From an uncultured Chloroflexia bacterium (GTDB taxonomy: Bacteria > Chloroflexota > Limnocylindria > QHBO01): a stretch of DNA of 64,000 nucleotides. The stretch spans positions 57,994 to 121,993 of the forward strand of contig CAWEPF010000008.1 of assembly GCA_963810925.1 (NCBI GenBank). Direction: 5' to 3'. The notes under the pieces were generated by a model. The model did not search any database. It worked only from the letters and a program-made list of their open reading frames with translations, and was not told the origin of the DNA. This document shows positions 1-8,914 of this stretch, in pieces (position 1 is the stretch's first letter; each line of letters begins with the position of its first letter). Both the position numbers and the translations under genes were made by a program.

Positions 1-345
1 GCCGTAGCGGGCGATGACCTCGTTGCACGCGTCGAAGTAGCGGGTCAGGAGCTCGCGGGTCTCCTCGGGGTCGCGGTCCTCCGCAAGGGTCGTCGACCCC
101 ACCAGATCCGCGAACAGGACCGATACCAGCCGCCGCTCAGCCGTGGCCGGAGCGGGCTCGCCTGGGGCGGCAGGGGCCGTGGCGGGCGCTGATCCCACCA
201 GGTTCGTGCCGCACTCGACGCAGAACTTCGCCCCGGGCACGTTCTGCGTACCGCAGGTCGGGCAGCCCTCGACCAGCCGCGTCCCACATTCGGCGCAGAA
301 CTTCGTTCCAGGCGCCGCTGCCGTCCCGCAGCTGGGACAGTTCAC
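1..345 (-). CDS. Zinc-ribbon / class III cyclase / STAND ATPase protein, third tandem paralog (N-terminal 115 codons; continues past window start)
   Basis: Reverse translation from GTG at 345-343 gives VNCPSCGT..KFCAECGT..CPTCGT..KFCVECGT..ERRLVSVLFADLVGSTTLAEDRDPEETRELL. This is collinear with the N-termini of the two complete 1187-aa paralogs. It is absent from the ORF track because it runs off the window. The start overlaps the stop of 342..3905 as GTGA. Confidence 0.85.
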   Translation of the reverse strand, partial: MNCPSCGTAAAPGTKFCAECGTRLVEGCPTCGTQNVPGAKFCVECGTNLVGSAPATAPAAPGEPAPATAERRLVSVLFADLVGSTTLAEDRDPEETRELLTRYFDACNEVIARYG

Positions 346-3300
346 GCGGGCTGCTCCGCGTCCACCGCGACGGCGGCCCGAGCGCTGGACGGGGGCCGGT
401 CCTGGCCGCCGGCGGGCGGAGCCGGGGTGCCGGCGAACGCAGCCCGGAATCGAACTGGATAGTCGCCAGCCCCCAGGCCTGCGAAGAACGCATCAGCCTG
501 CTCCCCGGCCGCGCGCGCGTCAGGGAATCGCGCACCAAGGTACGCGTCGAACATGAGCGCAATGTTCGAGGCATCCAGGGGCCATTCCACGTCCATGAGC
601 AGGTCAACCGCGTCACGAAACCTCACACGGCCCTCGTCCCATCGCCCGTCGAAGACGGCATCGAGGGCGGCGGCGAAGTCGACGATTGCGGTGCTCTGGA
701 GGAAACCTGACGCCAGGTTGAACTCGTCCATGGACGCGAGCGCGTCCCGGTCACCCATGGCCGCAATGGCCAAGAGCGCCCGCTTCAGTCCGTCCGGATC
801 GTCGGGGAGTCGCCTCGCCGCGGAGCGGGCTGACTGCAGGGCCTCCGGGAATCGCTGGAAGGCAAGGTGCACTTCGGCATTGAAATCGTCCAGGACAGCC
901 AGCTGGGGCGCGCTCTCGAATTGCTCGCCCAACCGATTGGCCTCGGCGATCTCGACCGCCGCGCCCTCGGCATCGCCACGGTAGGCCAGCATCGCGGCGC
1001 GCATGCCGTGCATCCCCGCGGCCTGGGTCGTGTCCGGATTCAGCGATTCGAGCTCGGCGAGGTGATCGTCGCAGCGGGCCCAGTCCCCGGTTTGGAGCCG
1101 CATGATCGCGGACACCGTCAGGAGCTGCACCAGCCAGCCGTCGATCCCCAGACGGCGGCCCGTGTCGGTGCCGTCGTCCAGGATGCGCAAGGTCTCTGTG
1201 GCAGAGACGCTGTACATGAGACCGGACACGAGGTTGTTCCGCGCACGGAGCCCAGGCTCGGTGAGGCCCTCCGCGTCGGCAATGGCAATGGCCCCCCGGA
1301 GCAGAGCCTCGGACTCCGTGGTCCGCGTCCAGATGGCCGAGGCCTTGCTGGCCAGCGCCTCGACCACCACCCGTGGGTTGCGCGTGGTGCCCAGCGCGGC
1401 CATCGCCCGATCCGCCGTGGCGACGGCAGCGGGGCCCTGGTCGCTCAGCATGTAGGCCCGGGCCAGCTCGGCCAACGCGAACGCGGCTTCGGGGTTGTCC
1501 CGGGACGGATCGGCGGTCAATGGCACAAGCAGGTTGATGGCATCGGTCAGCTTCCCGTCGTGAGTGAACGCGCGCGCGAGCTCAGCTGACGCACGCAGCT
1601 CCCCGGCGGAGTCGCCGGTGGCCCGATACGCGTCTACCGCCTGCTGCCCGTGGTGGCGGGCCTGCGCCGCGTCCACCAGGGTGGCCGATCGGGCGGCCGC
1701 TTCGTGCAGCTGCGCGATCTCGGCCGGATCGGTCGTCACCGCCAGCGCGTCCTCGTAGAGGCGGACAGCGGCGCGGGCCGAGTACAGGGCGGCGGCACGG
1801 TCACCGGCGGCGCGAAGCGCGATCCGGGCCTGGTTCGCCAGCGCATCGGCCTCCGGACCGGGCGGCGTGGACCGATACGCCTCGAGGTAGTGGCTGGCCA
1901 GCACGCCGGCCAGCTCGTCGTCCCCCAGGGCCTCGAAGTACCGCGCCGCGGCGAGGTGCTTGGCCCGTCGGTCCTTCTTGGCCAGCGACTCGTACGCCAC
2001 CTCCTTGACGACCGACTGGAGGAAGGCGTACTGGCCGCGCTCCGGGGAGCGGGGATCGTCCTGGCGGACCAGCAGGTCGCGGGTCATGAGCCGCTCGAGA
2101 CGCGGCACGAGCGCTTCGGCGCTCTCCCCGGTGAGACCCTCGAGGGCGGTGATCGTGAAGCTCTGGCCCAGGACCGCGGCGTCGCTGATCAGGGCCCGGT
2201 CCTCGGGGCTGTTCGCGTCCAGGCGCGCCGCGATGAGGGCGTGCAGGGTCTCGGGCACCGCCAGCCGGTCGAGCTGGTCGGCACCTTCCACCAGGGCGAA
2301 GCCGTCGCCCGCCGGAACCAGCTGGCCGCGGTCGATGAGCATCCGGACCGTCTCGACGGCGTACAGGGGAATTCCGCCCGCGCGCTCGCAGACCGCGGTC
2401 ACGAGGCTCTCCGGCAGGCCCGCGGCCAGGCCGTGGAGCAGCTCGCGCATGACCGGGTCGGGCAGCGGCTCGAGCGTCACCGAGGTCGCGCTCCGCACGC
2501 CCGAGCCCCAGCCGGGCCGGCGCTCGTACAGCTCGGGCCGGGTCAGGGCCAGCACGAAGATCGGGGAGGTCTTGGCCCAGTCGAGCAGGTGCTCGATGAA
2601 ATCGAGCAGCCCGGCGTCGGCCCAGTGGAGATCGGTGAACACCAGGCACACCGGGTCCTGCTGGGCCATCCGCTCGAAGAAGGTGCGCCAGGCGGCGAAC
2701 AGCTCTTCGCGCTGTCCGGCGGGGAGCTCCTCCAGGCCCAGCAGCCCGGCGAGGCGAGGCTCGATCCAGCGGCGCTCATCGGCATCGGTCACGAACTCGT
2801 CCACGCTCGCCCGCAGGCGCTCGCGCGCGACGTCGGGGTCCTCGCCGTCGGCGATCCCGGCCCGGAAGCGGACCATCTCGCCCAGGGCCCAGAAGCTGAT
2901 GCCCTCGCCGTAGGCCGGGGAGCGGCCCTCGTGCCAGAACGTGCCACCGACGACCCCGTCGATGTACTTCTCGAACTCCCAGGCGAGGCGGCTCTTGCCG
3001 ATGCCGGCCTGACCGATGACCGTGACCAGCCGCGGCTTGCCCTCGCGGACGGTGGCCTCGAACAGGTCCTTCACGAGGCGCAGATCGTCGTCGCGGCCGA
3101 CGAACGGGGCCTCGAGCGCGGTGCTTCGTCCGGCACCGCCGCGGAGACCGGTGACGGCCATGGCCCGCCACGCCGAGACCGGGGCCGTCTTGCCCTTGAG
3201 CAGCTGCTCTCCGGCTTCCTCGTAGCGGATCGCTTCCCGGGTCGCGTGATAGGTCGGCTCCCCAACCAGCACCGATCCCGGCGGGGCCACCGACTGCAGC

Positions 3301-3905
3301 CGCGAGGCCGTGTTCACGAGGTCCCCGGCCACGATGCCCTGCCCGGTCGCGCCCACGGTGGCGGCCGCCTCCCCGGTCAGGACGCCGGCTCGCGCCTGGA
3401 GCGTGGCCCCTTCCAGGTGGGCAACCGCCTCGACCAGGTCCAGCCCGGCCCGCACGGCGCGTTCGGCATCGTCCTCGTGGGCGGTGGGCACGCCCCACAC
3501 CGCCATGACCGCGTCACCGATGAACTTCTCGATCGTCCCGCCATACCGATCGATGACCTCGCGCGCCGCGTCGAAGTAGCGGCTCAGCAGCTCGCGCGTC
3601 TCCTCCGGATCCTGGTCCTCGGCCAGGGTCGTCGACCCCACCAGGTCCGCGAACAGGACCGATACCAGTCGCCGCTCGGACGTTGAGCCGCCCGCCGGCT
3701 CGGTGCCGTCGGCCGTGGCGGCGGTCTCAACCGCGGCTCGCGCCGAGACCGCGCCCGTCAGAGTGGTCCCGCACTCGTTGCAGAACCTCGACCCCGGCGC
3801 ATTCTGGGTGCCACAGGTCGGACATCCCGACGCGAGCGCCGATCCACATTCGTTGCAGAACTTCGCTCCGACGGCGTTCTCGGTCCCGCAGGTCGGGCAG
3901 CTCAC
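342..3905 (-). CDS. Double zinc-ribbon / class III adenylate-guanylate cyclase / AAA (STAND-type) ATPase / TPR-like protein, paralog 2
   Basis: 1187-aa ORF. It has two CPxCG..FCxECG ribbons. The cyclase core has VLFADLVGST, EKFIGDAVMAVWG and GDLVNTASRL (both metal Asp, Lys, Asn/Arg). Walker A is GQAGIGKSRL and Walker B is LVFTDLHWAD. The C-terminal ~400 aa are Ala/Leu-rich and helical-repeat-like. The GTG start overlaps the upstream stop (GTGA). Confidence 0.9.
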   Translation of the reverse strand: MSCPTCGTENAVGAKFCNECGSALASGCPTCGTQNAPGSRFCNECGTTLTGAVSARAAVETAATADGTEPAGGSTSERRLVSVLFADLVGSTTLAEDQDPEETRELLSRYFDAAREVIDRYGGTIEKFIGDAVMAVWGVPTAHEDDAERAVRAGLDLVEAVAHLEGATLQARAGVLTGEAAATVGATGQGIVAGDLVNTASRLQSVAPPGSVLVGEPTYHATREAIRYEEAGEQLLKGKTAPVSAWRAMAVTGLRGGAGRSTALEAPFVGRDDDLRLVKDLFEATVREGKPRLVTVIGQAGIGKSRLAWEFEKYIDGVVGGTFWHEGRSPAYGEGISFWALGEMVRFRAGIADGEDPDVARERLRASVDEFVTDADERRWIEPRLAGLLGLEELPAGQREELFAAWRTFFERMAQQDPVCLVFTDLHWADAGLLDFIEHLLDWAKTSPIFVLALTRPELYERRPGWGSGVRSATSVTLEPLPDPVMRELLHGLAAGLPESLVTAVCERAGGIPLYAVETVRMLIDRGQLVPAGDGFALVEGADQLDRLAVPETLHALIAARLDANSPEDRALISDAAVLGQSFTITALEGLTGESAEALVPRLERLMTRDLLVRQDDPRSPERGQYAFLQSVVKEVAYESLAKKDRRAKHLAAARYFEALGDDELAGVLASHYLEAYRSTPPGPEADALANQARIALRAAGDRAAALYSARAAVRLYEDALAVTTDPAEIAQLHEAAARSATLVDAAQARHHGQQAVDAYRATGDSAGELRASAELARAFTHDGKLTDAINLLVPLTADPSRDNPEAAFALAELARAYMLSDQGPAAVATADRAMAALGTTRNPRVVVEALASKASAIWTRTTESEALLRGAIAIADAEGLTEPGLRARNNLVSGLMYSVSATETLRILDDGTDTGRRLGIDGWLVQLLTVSAIMRLQTGDWARCDDHLAELESLNPDTTQAAGMHGMRAAMLAYRGDAEGAAVEIAEANRLGEQFESAPQLAVLDDFNAEVHLAFQRFPEALQSARSAARRLPDDPDGLKRALLAIAAMGDRDALASMDEFNLASGFLQSTAIVDFAAALDAVFDGRWDEGRVRFRDAVDLLMDVEWPLDASNIALMFDAYLGARFPDARAAGEQADAFFAGLGAGDYPVRFRAAFAGTPAPPAGGQDRPPSSARAAVAVDAEQPA

Positions 3906-6900
3906 CGAGCCTCGACCTCGCGGACGGCGTCGCGCGCGGGAATCGCCGAGGTGAGGTGCGTCCCACCCGCCGCCGGCGCCGGCGTGGCTTGGAACGCCTG
4001 CCGGTAGCGGTCGACCACGCCGCCCGCGCCGCGCGATGTGAAGAACTCCGCGGCTTCTTCGCCGGCGCGTCGTGCTTCGTCGGAGGCGGCACCGAGGAAT
4101 GCGTCGAACTCGAGGCCGACGTAGGCGACAAACAGGTTTCCTTCAAGCGCCCGAAAATCGGCCATCGTCTCCGCATAGGCCTGCCCCGCCTCCTCCCATC
4201 GGCCGCCCAGCGCCGCCTCAGTGGCCGCCAGCTTTCGTCGGATGACCGTCGTCCATGAGACCTCCGGGAAGTCGACCAGGGGGTCGAGGGCTGCGTGCGT
4301 CGGGGCGTCGCCCATGCTTGCGGCGGCCAGCGACCGGAGCATCCCGAGCATTGCATCATTCCCCCCACCAGCGATGCCGACGAGGCAATCCATCGCGGCC
4401 TGGGGATTTCCCAGGATGAGGTGCGCCTGCGACTGCACCATTCGTACGCCCCCGAGCTGGGAGACCAGGACCTCGAGACCCGCCAGGGCGCGCGCCGACT
4501 CGTCGGCCGCCGCCTGGAAGCCATCGGCATCCCCGACCAGGGCCGCGAGCAGCCCGCGAATCATCGCCACGAATCCCGCCTGATCCGGAGCCAATGCGTT
4601 CTCGATCGCTTCAGCCACGTCGGATTCAACCCCATCCCAGTCCCCGACCATGAGACCTAGCTCGGATCGGCCAACCAGGAAGACGCCCAGCCAGCTCGCC
4701 ATACCGAACCGACGAGCCTGGTCGATCCCTTCGTTCACGACTTCGATCGCTTCGCGAAATGGTCGATCTTGGGTGAGGGTGAACGACAGGTTGTTCCGCG
4801 CACGCAGCGCCGACGACACGTGGCCCTCGCGGTCGGCGAGCAGGATGGCGCCTCGGTAGACGGCTTCCCCCTCGTCGGGCCGCGCGTACGCGAGCGCCGT
4901 CGCCTGCGTAACAAGCGCTTCGACCACGGTTTCAGTGTCTCGGTCACGCGCAGCGGCACGCAGAGCACGCTCCGCCATCTCGATCGCCTCGTCATTCCGG
5001 TCGGTCAGCATGTAGAGGCGGGCCAACTCGGCAAACACCCGCGCGGCCTCCGGCTCATCCTCGGCCAACGTGGCCGCCACCGGCTCCAGGGTCGCGATGC
5101 CGTCCGATGTGCCGTAGTCGGTCTGGATCCGTGCCGCCAGCGCCTGCGCGCGGTTCGCGGTGGCACGGTCCCCAGCGCCCCGCGCCAACTCGGCTGCCGC
5201 CAGAGCATGCTCGACCGCTTCCGGCAAGGCCAACCACGACCCTGACCGAGCCGCGGTCTGGTGGAGCGCCGCCTGTTCGAGGTGATCGGCCGTGATGGCG
5301 ATGGCCTCCTCGGCGTGGCGGTAGGCGGCGGCGTACGAGTGCAGCGACTCCGCGCGCTCAGCCGCGGCCCGAAGCGCGATCCGGGCCTGGATGGCCACCG
5401 CGTCAGCTTCCGGCCCCGGATTGGTGGCCCGCAGCGCCTCCAGATAATGGCTGGCGAGCACGCCGGGGATCTCCTCATCGCCGAGGGCCTCGAAGTACCG
5501 AGCGGCTGCCAGGTGCTTGGTCCGACGGTCCGCTTTGGCAATCGTCTCGTAGGCGACCTCGCGGACGACCGCCTGGACGAACCGATGCTGGCCGCGCTCG
5601 GGCGATCGCGGGTCGTCGTCGCGGATGAGCAGCTCGCGCCGGACGAGCCGGTCGAGTCCTTGCAAGAGGGCGGACTCGTCCTGCCCGGTGATCCCCGAGA
5701 GGGCGTCCATGGTGAAGCTCTGGCCGAGCACGGCCGCATCCGCCAGAACGGCACGATCCTCCGCAGAGTTGGCGTCGATGCGCGCCGCGACCAGCGCGTG
5801 CAGCGTCTCAGGGACCGCCAGCCGGTCGATCGGACCGGCGAGCACGAATCCTTCGTCGGTGGACTGCAGCTGGCCACGATCGAGCAGCATCCGAACCGTC
5901 TCGACCGCGTACAGGGGCACGCCCTCGGCGCGCTGCACGACCGCGTCGACCGCGGCGTCGGGCATCCCGGGCACCAGGCCGTGAAGCAGCTCTCGCATCG
6001 GTCCCTCGGGCAGAGGCTCGAGGACCACCGTCGTCGCATTGCGCACACCGCTACTCCAGTTCGGGTGGCGCTCGAGCAGGTCGGGCCGGGTCATCGCGAC
6101 GACGTAGATCGGATGGTTCTTCGACCAGGCGAGCACATGTTCGATGAACTCGAGCAGCCCCGCGTCAGCCCAATGGAGGTCCTTGAAGACGAGGATGACC
6201 GGATCGTGGTCGGCGATCCGCTCGAAAAACGTCCGCCAGGCGGCAAACAGGTCCTCGCGCTGGGTCGCCGGCAACTCCTCCAGGCCGAGCAGGCCGGCAA
6301 CCCGCGGCTCGACCCACCGGCGCTCTTCCGGATCGGTCAGCCATTCGTCCAGGCAGGCGCTCAACTTCGTTCGGGCGGTCGGCCCGTCGTCGGTCTCGGC
6401 GATGCCGGCTCGCTCGCGGACCATCTCGGCCAGCGCCCAGTAGCTGATGCCTTCGCCGTAGGACGGTGAGCGACCGGCGTGCCAGTAGAAATCCTGGTTC
6501 ACGCCGTCGATGTACTTCTCGAACTCCCAGCCCAGCCGGCTCTTCCCGATGCCTGCCTGGCCGATGATCGTGACCAGCCGCGGCTTCGACTCGCGGACGG
6601 TTGCGTGGAAGAGATCCTTGACCAGCCGCAGCTCCTCGTCGCGGCCCACGAACGGCGGCTCGAGCGCGGACCGACGGCGGGCGCCGCCGCGCATGCCGAG
6701 GACCTGCACCGCTCGCCACGCCGGCACGGGGCTGGACTTTCCCTTCAGCACCTGGTTGCCGACATCCTCGAAGGCGATGGCGTCGCGAGTCGCGCGATAC
6801 GTGGACTCGCCGACGAGCACGGCCCCGGCGGGCGCCATGCCCTGCAGGCGGCTCGCGGTGTTCACCAGGTCGCCGGCGACGATGCCCTGCCCGACCGCCC

Positions 6901-7465
6901 CGATCGAGGCGGCCGCTTCGCCGGTGAGCACCGCCACGCGCATCTGGAGCGGCTGGTCGGCATCCAGGATGCGGCCGACCTCGGCGATGAGCTCGAGGGC
7001 CGCACGCACCGCCCGCTCGGCATCGTCTTCGAAGGCTGTCGGCACGCCCCAGACCGCCATCACGGCATCGCCGATGAACTTCTCCACGGTGCCGCCGTAC
7101 CGACCGATGATCTCGGAGGCGGTTTCGAAGTACCGGCTCAGGAGGTTCCTGGTCTCCTCCGGATCGCGATCCTCGGCCAGGGTCGTGGATCCAACGAGAT
7201 CACCAAAGAGCACCGTCACCAGGCGACGTTCGGTACCGATCGTGATCGGCGTGGCGTGGCCGGGCTCGGCGACCAGCGCCGGTGGCGCATCGGCCAGGGC
7301 CGTGCCGCACTCCCCGCAGAACTTCGTGCCGGGCGCGTTCGGCGTTCCGCAGGCCGGGCACGCGGCGCTCAGGCGGGTGCCGCATTCGCCGCAGAACTTT
7401 CGGCCGGGCTCATTCGCGGTTCCGCACGCGGGGCAGTTCACGGGGTCACCATCATCGGCCGCCAA
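3902..7465 (-). CDS. Double zinc-ribbon / class III adenylate-guanylate cyclase / AAA (STAND-type) ATPase / TPR-like protein, paralog 1
   Basis: 1187-aa ORF with the same architecture and length as 342..3905. Motifs seen: CPACGT..FCGECGT x2, VLFGDLVGST, KFIGDAVMAVWG, GDLVNTASRL, GQAGIGKSRL, LVFKDLHWAD. Confidence 0.9.
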   Translation of the reverse strand: MAADDGDPVNCPACGTANEPGRKFCGECGTRLSAACPACGTPNAPGTKFCGECGTALADAPPALVAEPGHATPITIGTERRLVTVLFGDLVGSTTLAEDRDPEETRNLLSRYFETASEIIGRYGGTVEKFIGDAVMAVWGVPTAFEDDAERAVRAALELIAEVGRILDADQPLQMRVAVLTGEAAASIGAVGQGIVAGDLVNTASRLQGMAPAGAVLVGESTYRATRDAIAFEDVGNQVLKGKSSPVPAWRAVQVLGMRGGARRRSALEPPFVGRDEELRLVKDLFHATVRESKPRLVTIIGQAGIGKSRLGWEFEKYIDGVNQDFYWHAGRSPSYGEGISYWALAEMVRERAGIAETDDGPTARTKLSACLDEWLTDPEERRWVEPRVAGLLGLEELPATQREDLFAAWRTFFERIADHDPVILVFKDLHWADAGLLEFIEHVLAWSKNHPIYVVAMTRPDLLERHPNWSSGVRNATTVVLEPLPEGPMRELLHGLVPGMPDAAVDAVVQRAEGVPLYAVETVRMLLDRGQLQSTDEGFVLAGPIDRLAVPETLHALVAARIDANSAEDRAVLADAAVLGQSFTMDALSGITGQDESALLQGLDRLVRRELLIRDDDPRSPERGQHRFVQAVVREVAYETIAKADRRTKHLAAARYFEALGDEEIPGVLASHYLEALRATNPGPEADAVAIQARIALRAAAERAESLHSYAAAYRHAEEAIAITADHLEQAALHQTAARSGSWLALPEAVEHALAAAELARGAGDRATANRAQALAARIQTDYGTSDGIATLEPVAATLAEDEPEAARVFAELARLYMLTDRNDEAIEMAERALRAAARDRDTETVVEALVTQATALAYARPDEGEAVYRGAILLADREGHVSSALRARNNLSFTLTQDRPFREAIEVVNEGIDQARRFGMASWLGVFLVGRSELGLMVGDWDGVESDVAEAIENALAPDQAGFVAMIRGLLAALVGDADGFQAAADESARALAGLEVLVSQLGGVRMVQSQAHLILGNPQAAMDCLVGIAGGGNDAMLGMLRSLAAASMGDAPTHAALDPLVDFPEVSWTTVIRRKLAATEAALGGRWEEAGQAYAETMADFRALEGNLFVAYVGLEFDAFLGAASDEARRAGEEAAEFFTSRGAGGVVDRYRQAFQATPAPAAGGTHLTSAIPARDAVREVEAR

Positions 7466-7514
7466 CTGTACCGTCTGCCGCGTTCGATTGGCAGCCCCGC
7501 GCTAGGCTGGATTC

Positions 7515-8015
7515 GTGCGTGGAGACCCGTGGTACCGATTGGTCGGCGCAGTGGGCACCGCCCGCTGGATGCGCCGCCTCCATGCCCCGCTCTACCGCCG
7601 CTTCGGAGGGGCCAGCCTGCTCGGCCGTTCGCTGGGGAACCTGACCATCGTGCTGGCCACCACCGGGGCGCGCACCGGCCAGCCGCGCGAGACCGCGATC
7701 TGGGCCTATCCAGACGGCGACGCGCTCGTCCTGGTGGCCTCCAACGGAGGCAGCCGCCGCCTGCCCGGCTGGTGTGCGAACCTGCGCGCCCACCCGGAGG
7801 CGGAGGTCGTGGTTCGCGGGGAGCGACGGCCGGTCCGCGCCCGGGAGCCCGTAGGCGTGGAGTACGACCGGCTGTGGCTCCTGGTCAGCCGCTCATACCC
7901 GGGCTACAACCGGTACGTGGAGTGGGCCCAGCGCCACATCCCGCTGGTGATCCTCGAGCCGCTCGATGGGCGGCCGCTCGACGGGCGGCCGCTGAGCGGG
8001 GCGCGACCCGCCTAG
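7515..8015 (+). CDS. Deazaflavin (F420)-dependent nitroreductase family protein (Ddn/DUF385-like)
   Basis: 166 aa. The stretch LATTGARTGQPRETAIWAYPDGDALVLVASNGGSRRLPGWCANLRAHPEAEV matches the characteristic core of the DUF385/Ddn family. Confidence 0.8.
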   Translation: MRGDPWYRLVGAVGTARWMRRLHAPLYRRFGGASLLGRSLGNLTIVLATTGARTGQPRETAIWAYPDGDALVLVASNGGSRRLPGWCANLRAHPEAEVVVRGERRPVRAREPVGVEYDRLWLLVSRSYPGYNRYVEWAQRHIPLVILEPLDGRPLDGRPLSGARPA

Positions 8016-8914
8016 AGGCCCTCGAACAGGCTCGTTTCCGAGCGGCCGGGGGCCGGCGCCTCGCCGTCCTCCTCGACCAGGACGAAGCGCTCCGAGCCGT
8101 ACGCGAGCACGCCCAGGTCATCGGGCAGCTCGATGGCCCAGCCGAAGTCCTGGCGCTGGGTCCGATGGCACTCCATGGCGGTGCGCTTGGTGCGAGCCCA
8201 GCCCGACACGTCAACGACCGTCGTGACGGCCGGCTCGGTGGTGCCCGGCCGCTCCTCGGGCTCGTCCGCGTCAAGCGTCTCGTCGTAGCCCCATGGGAGG
8301 GACATCCCCCGCTCGCGCATGGCCCGCATGAGCTCCAGCCACCGCCCGGACCCGAAGGCGGTTTCGTACCGGCGGCGGACCCGGTGCGGCGGGCCGGCAT
8401 CCGGATACCGATCGGAATCCGCCGAGGCAGGGACGGCCGAGACGGCGATCCGGTGGGCCTGGATGTGATCGGGGTGGCCGTACCCGCCGTTCGAGTCGTA
8501 ATGAACGACCACCGCGGGGCGCGCCTCGCGGATGAGGCGGACCAGCGGCTCGGCCGCCGTCGCGAGATCGGCCTGCCAGAAGGATTCAGGATGCTCGTTG
8601 CCCGGGGTGCCCATCATCCCGCTGTCGCGGTGCCCGAGCCGGTGCAGGTGCAGGTTGTCCGCGTGTCCGGTCCCCGTGCTCAGGGCCGCGAGCGCGCAGA
8701 TCAGCTCCGCGTCGCGGATCTCGCCCAGCCTCCCCTGGGCCTCGGCCGGGTCGAGGTCGGGGTCGTGGATCTCGCCCTCTTCCCCGCCGGTGCAGACCAC
8801 GAGGTCCACCCGGCGTCCCTCCGCGAGAGATTGAGCGATGACCCCACCGGTCGAGAACACCTCGTCGTCCGGGTGGGCGTGGACCAGAAGCAAGCCCCCT
8901 GTGGTCTCGCTCAT
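8012..8914 (-). CDS. PIG-L/LmbE family N-acetylglucosaminyl deacetylase (MshB/Mca-like)
   Basis: LLLVHAHPDDEVFSTGG motif near the N-terminus. The track ORF (to 9121) has an Arg/Pro-rich extension. The ATG at 8914 forms an ATGA overlap with the patatin gene stop, so the 300-aa form was chosen. Confidence 0.8.
   Translation of the reverse strand: MSETTGGLLLVHAHPDDEVFSTGGVIAQSLAEGRRVDLVVCTGGEEGEIHDPDLDPAEAQGRLGEIRDAELICALAALSTGTGHADNLHLHRLGHRDSGMMGTPGNEHPESFWQADLATAAEPLVRLIREARPAVVVHYDSNGGYGHPDHIQAHRIAVSAVPASADSDRYPDAGPPHRVRRRYETAFGSGRWLELMRAMRERGMSLPWGYDETLDADEPEERPGTTEPAVTTVVDVSGWARTKRTAMECHRTQRQDFGWAIELPDDLGVLAYGSERFVLVEEDGEAPAPGRSETSLFEGL

Noticed and set aside
143-556. Repeated peptide pattern VPHSxQNFxPGxFxVPQxGQ in plus-strand ORFs 143..556, 3703..3954 and 6510..7505.
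   Set aside because: This is the antisense reading of the CPxCG..FCxECG zinc-ribbon codons of the three cyclase paralogs. It is not an independent repeat protein.
1650-3686. Long plus-strand ORF (678 aa) antisense to the cyclase gene. Similar cases are 6479..9079, 9364..11466, 14001..16367, 19779..21584, 38527..40152, 43609..45261, 49026..50369(-), 60679..62061 and 62176..63414(-).
   Set aside because: These ORFs have Arg/Gly/Pro/Ala/His/Asp-dominated low-complexity translations with no motifs. Each lies exactly opposite a gene with strong family signatures. They are typical stop-codon-poor antisense frames of high-GC DNA.
1-7465. The cyclase array as a Pycsar/CBASS-type anti-phage operon.
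   Set aside because: No cNMP- or oligonucleotide-binding effector gene (TIR, patatin with a sensor domain, TM effector with a cNMP domain) is adjacent. The patatin gene at 8911..9741 is in a separate operon with PIG-L and DUF971 and has no visible sensor domain. A defence role remains pure speculation.
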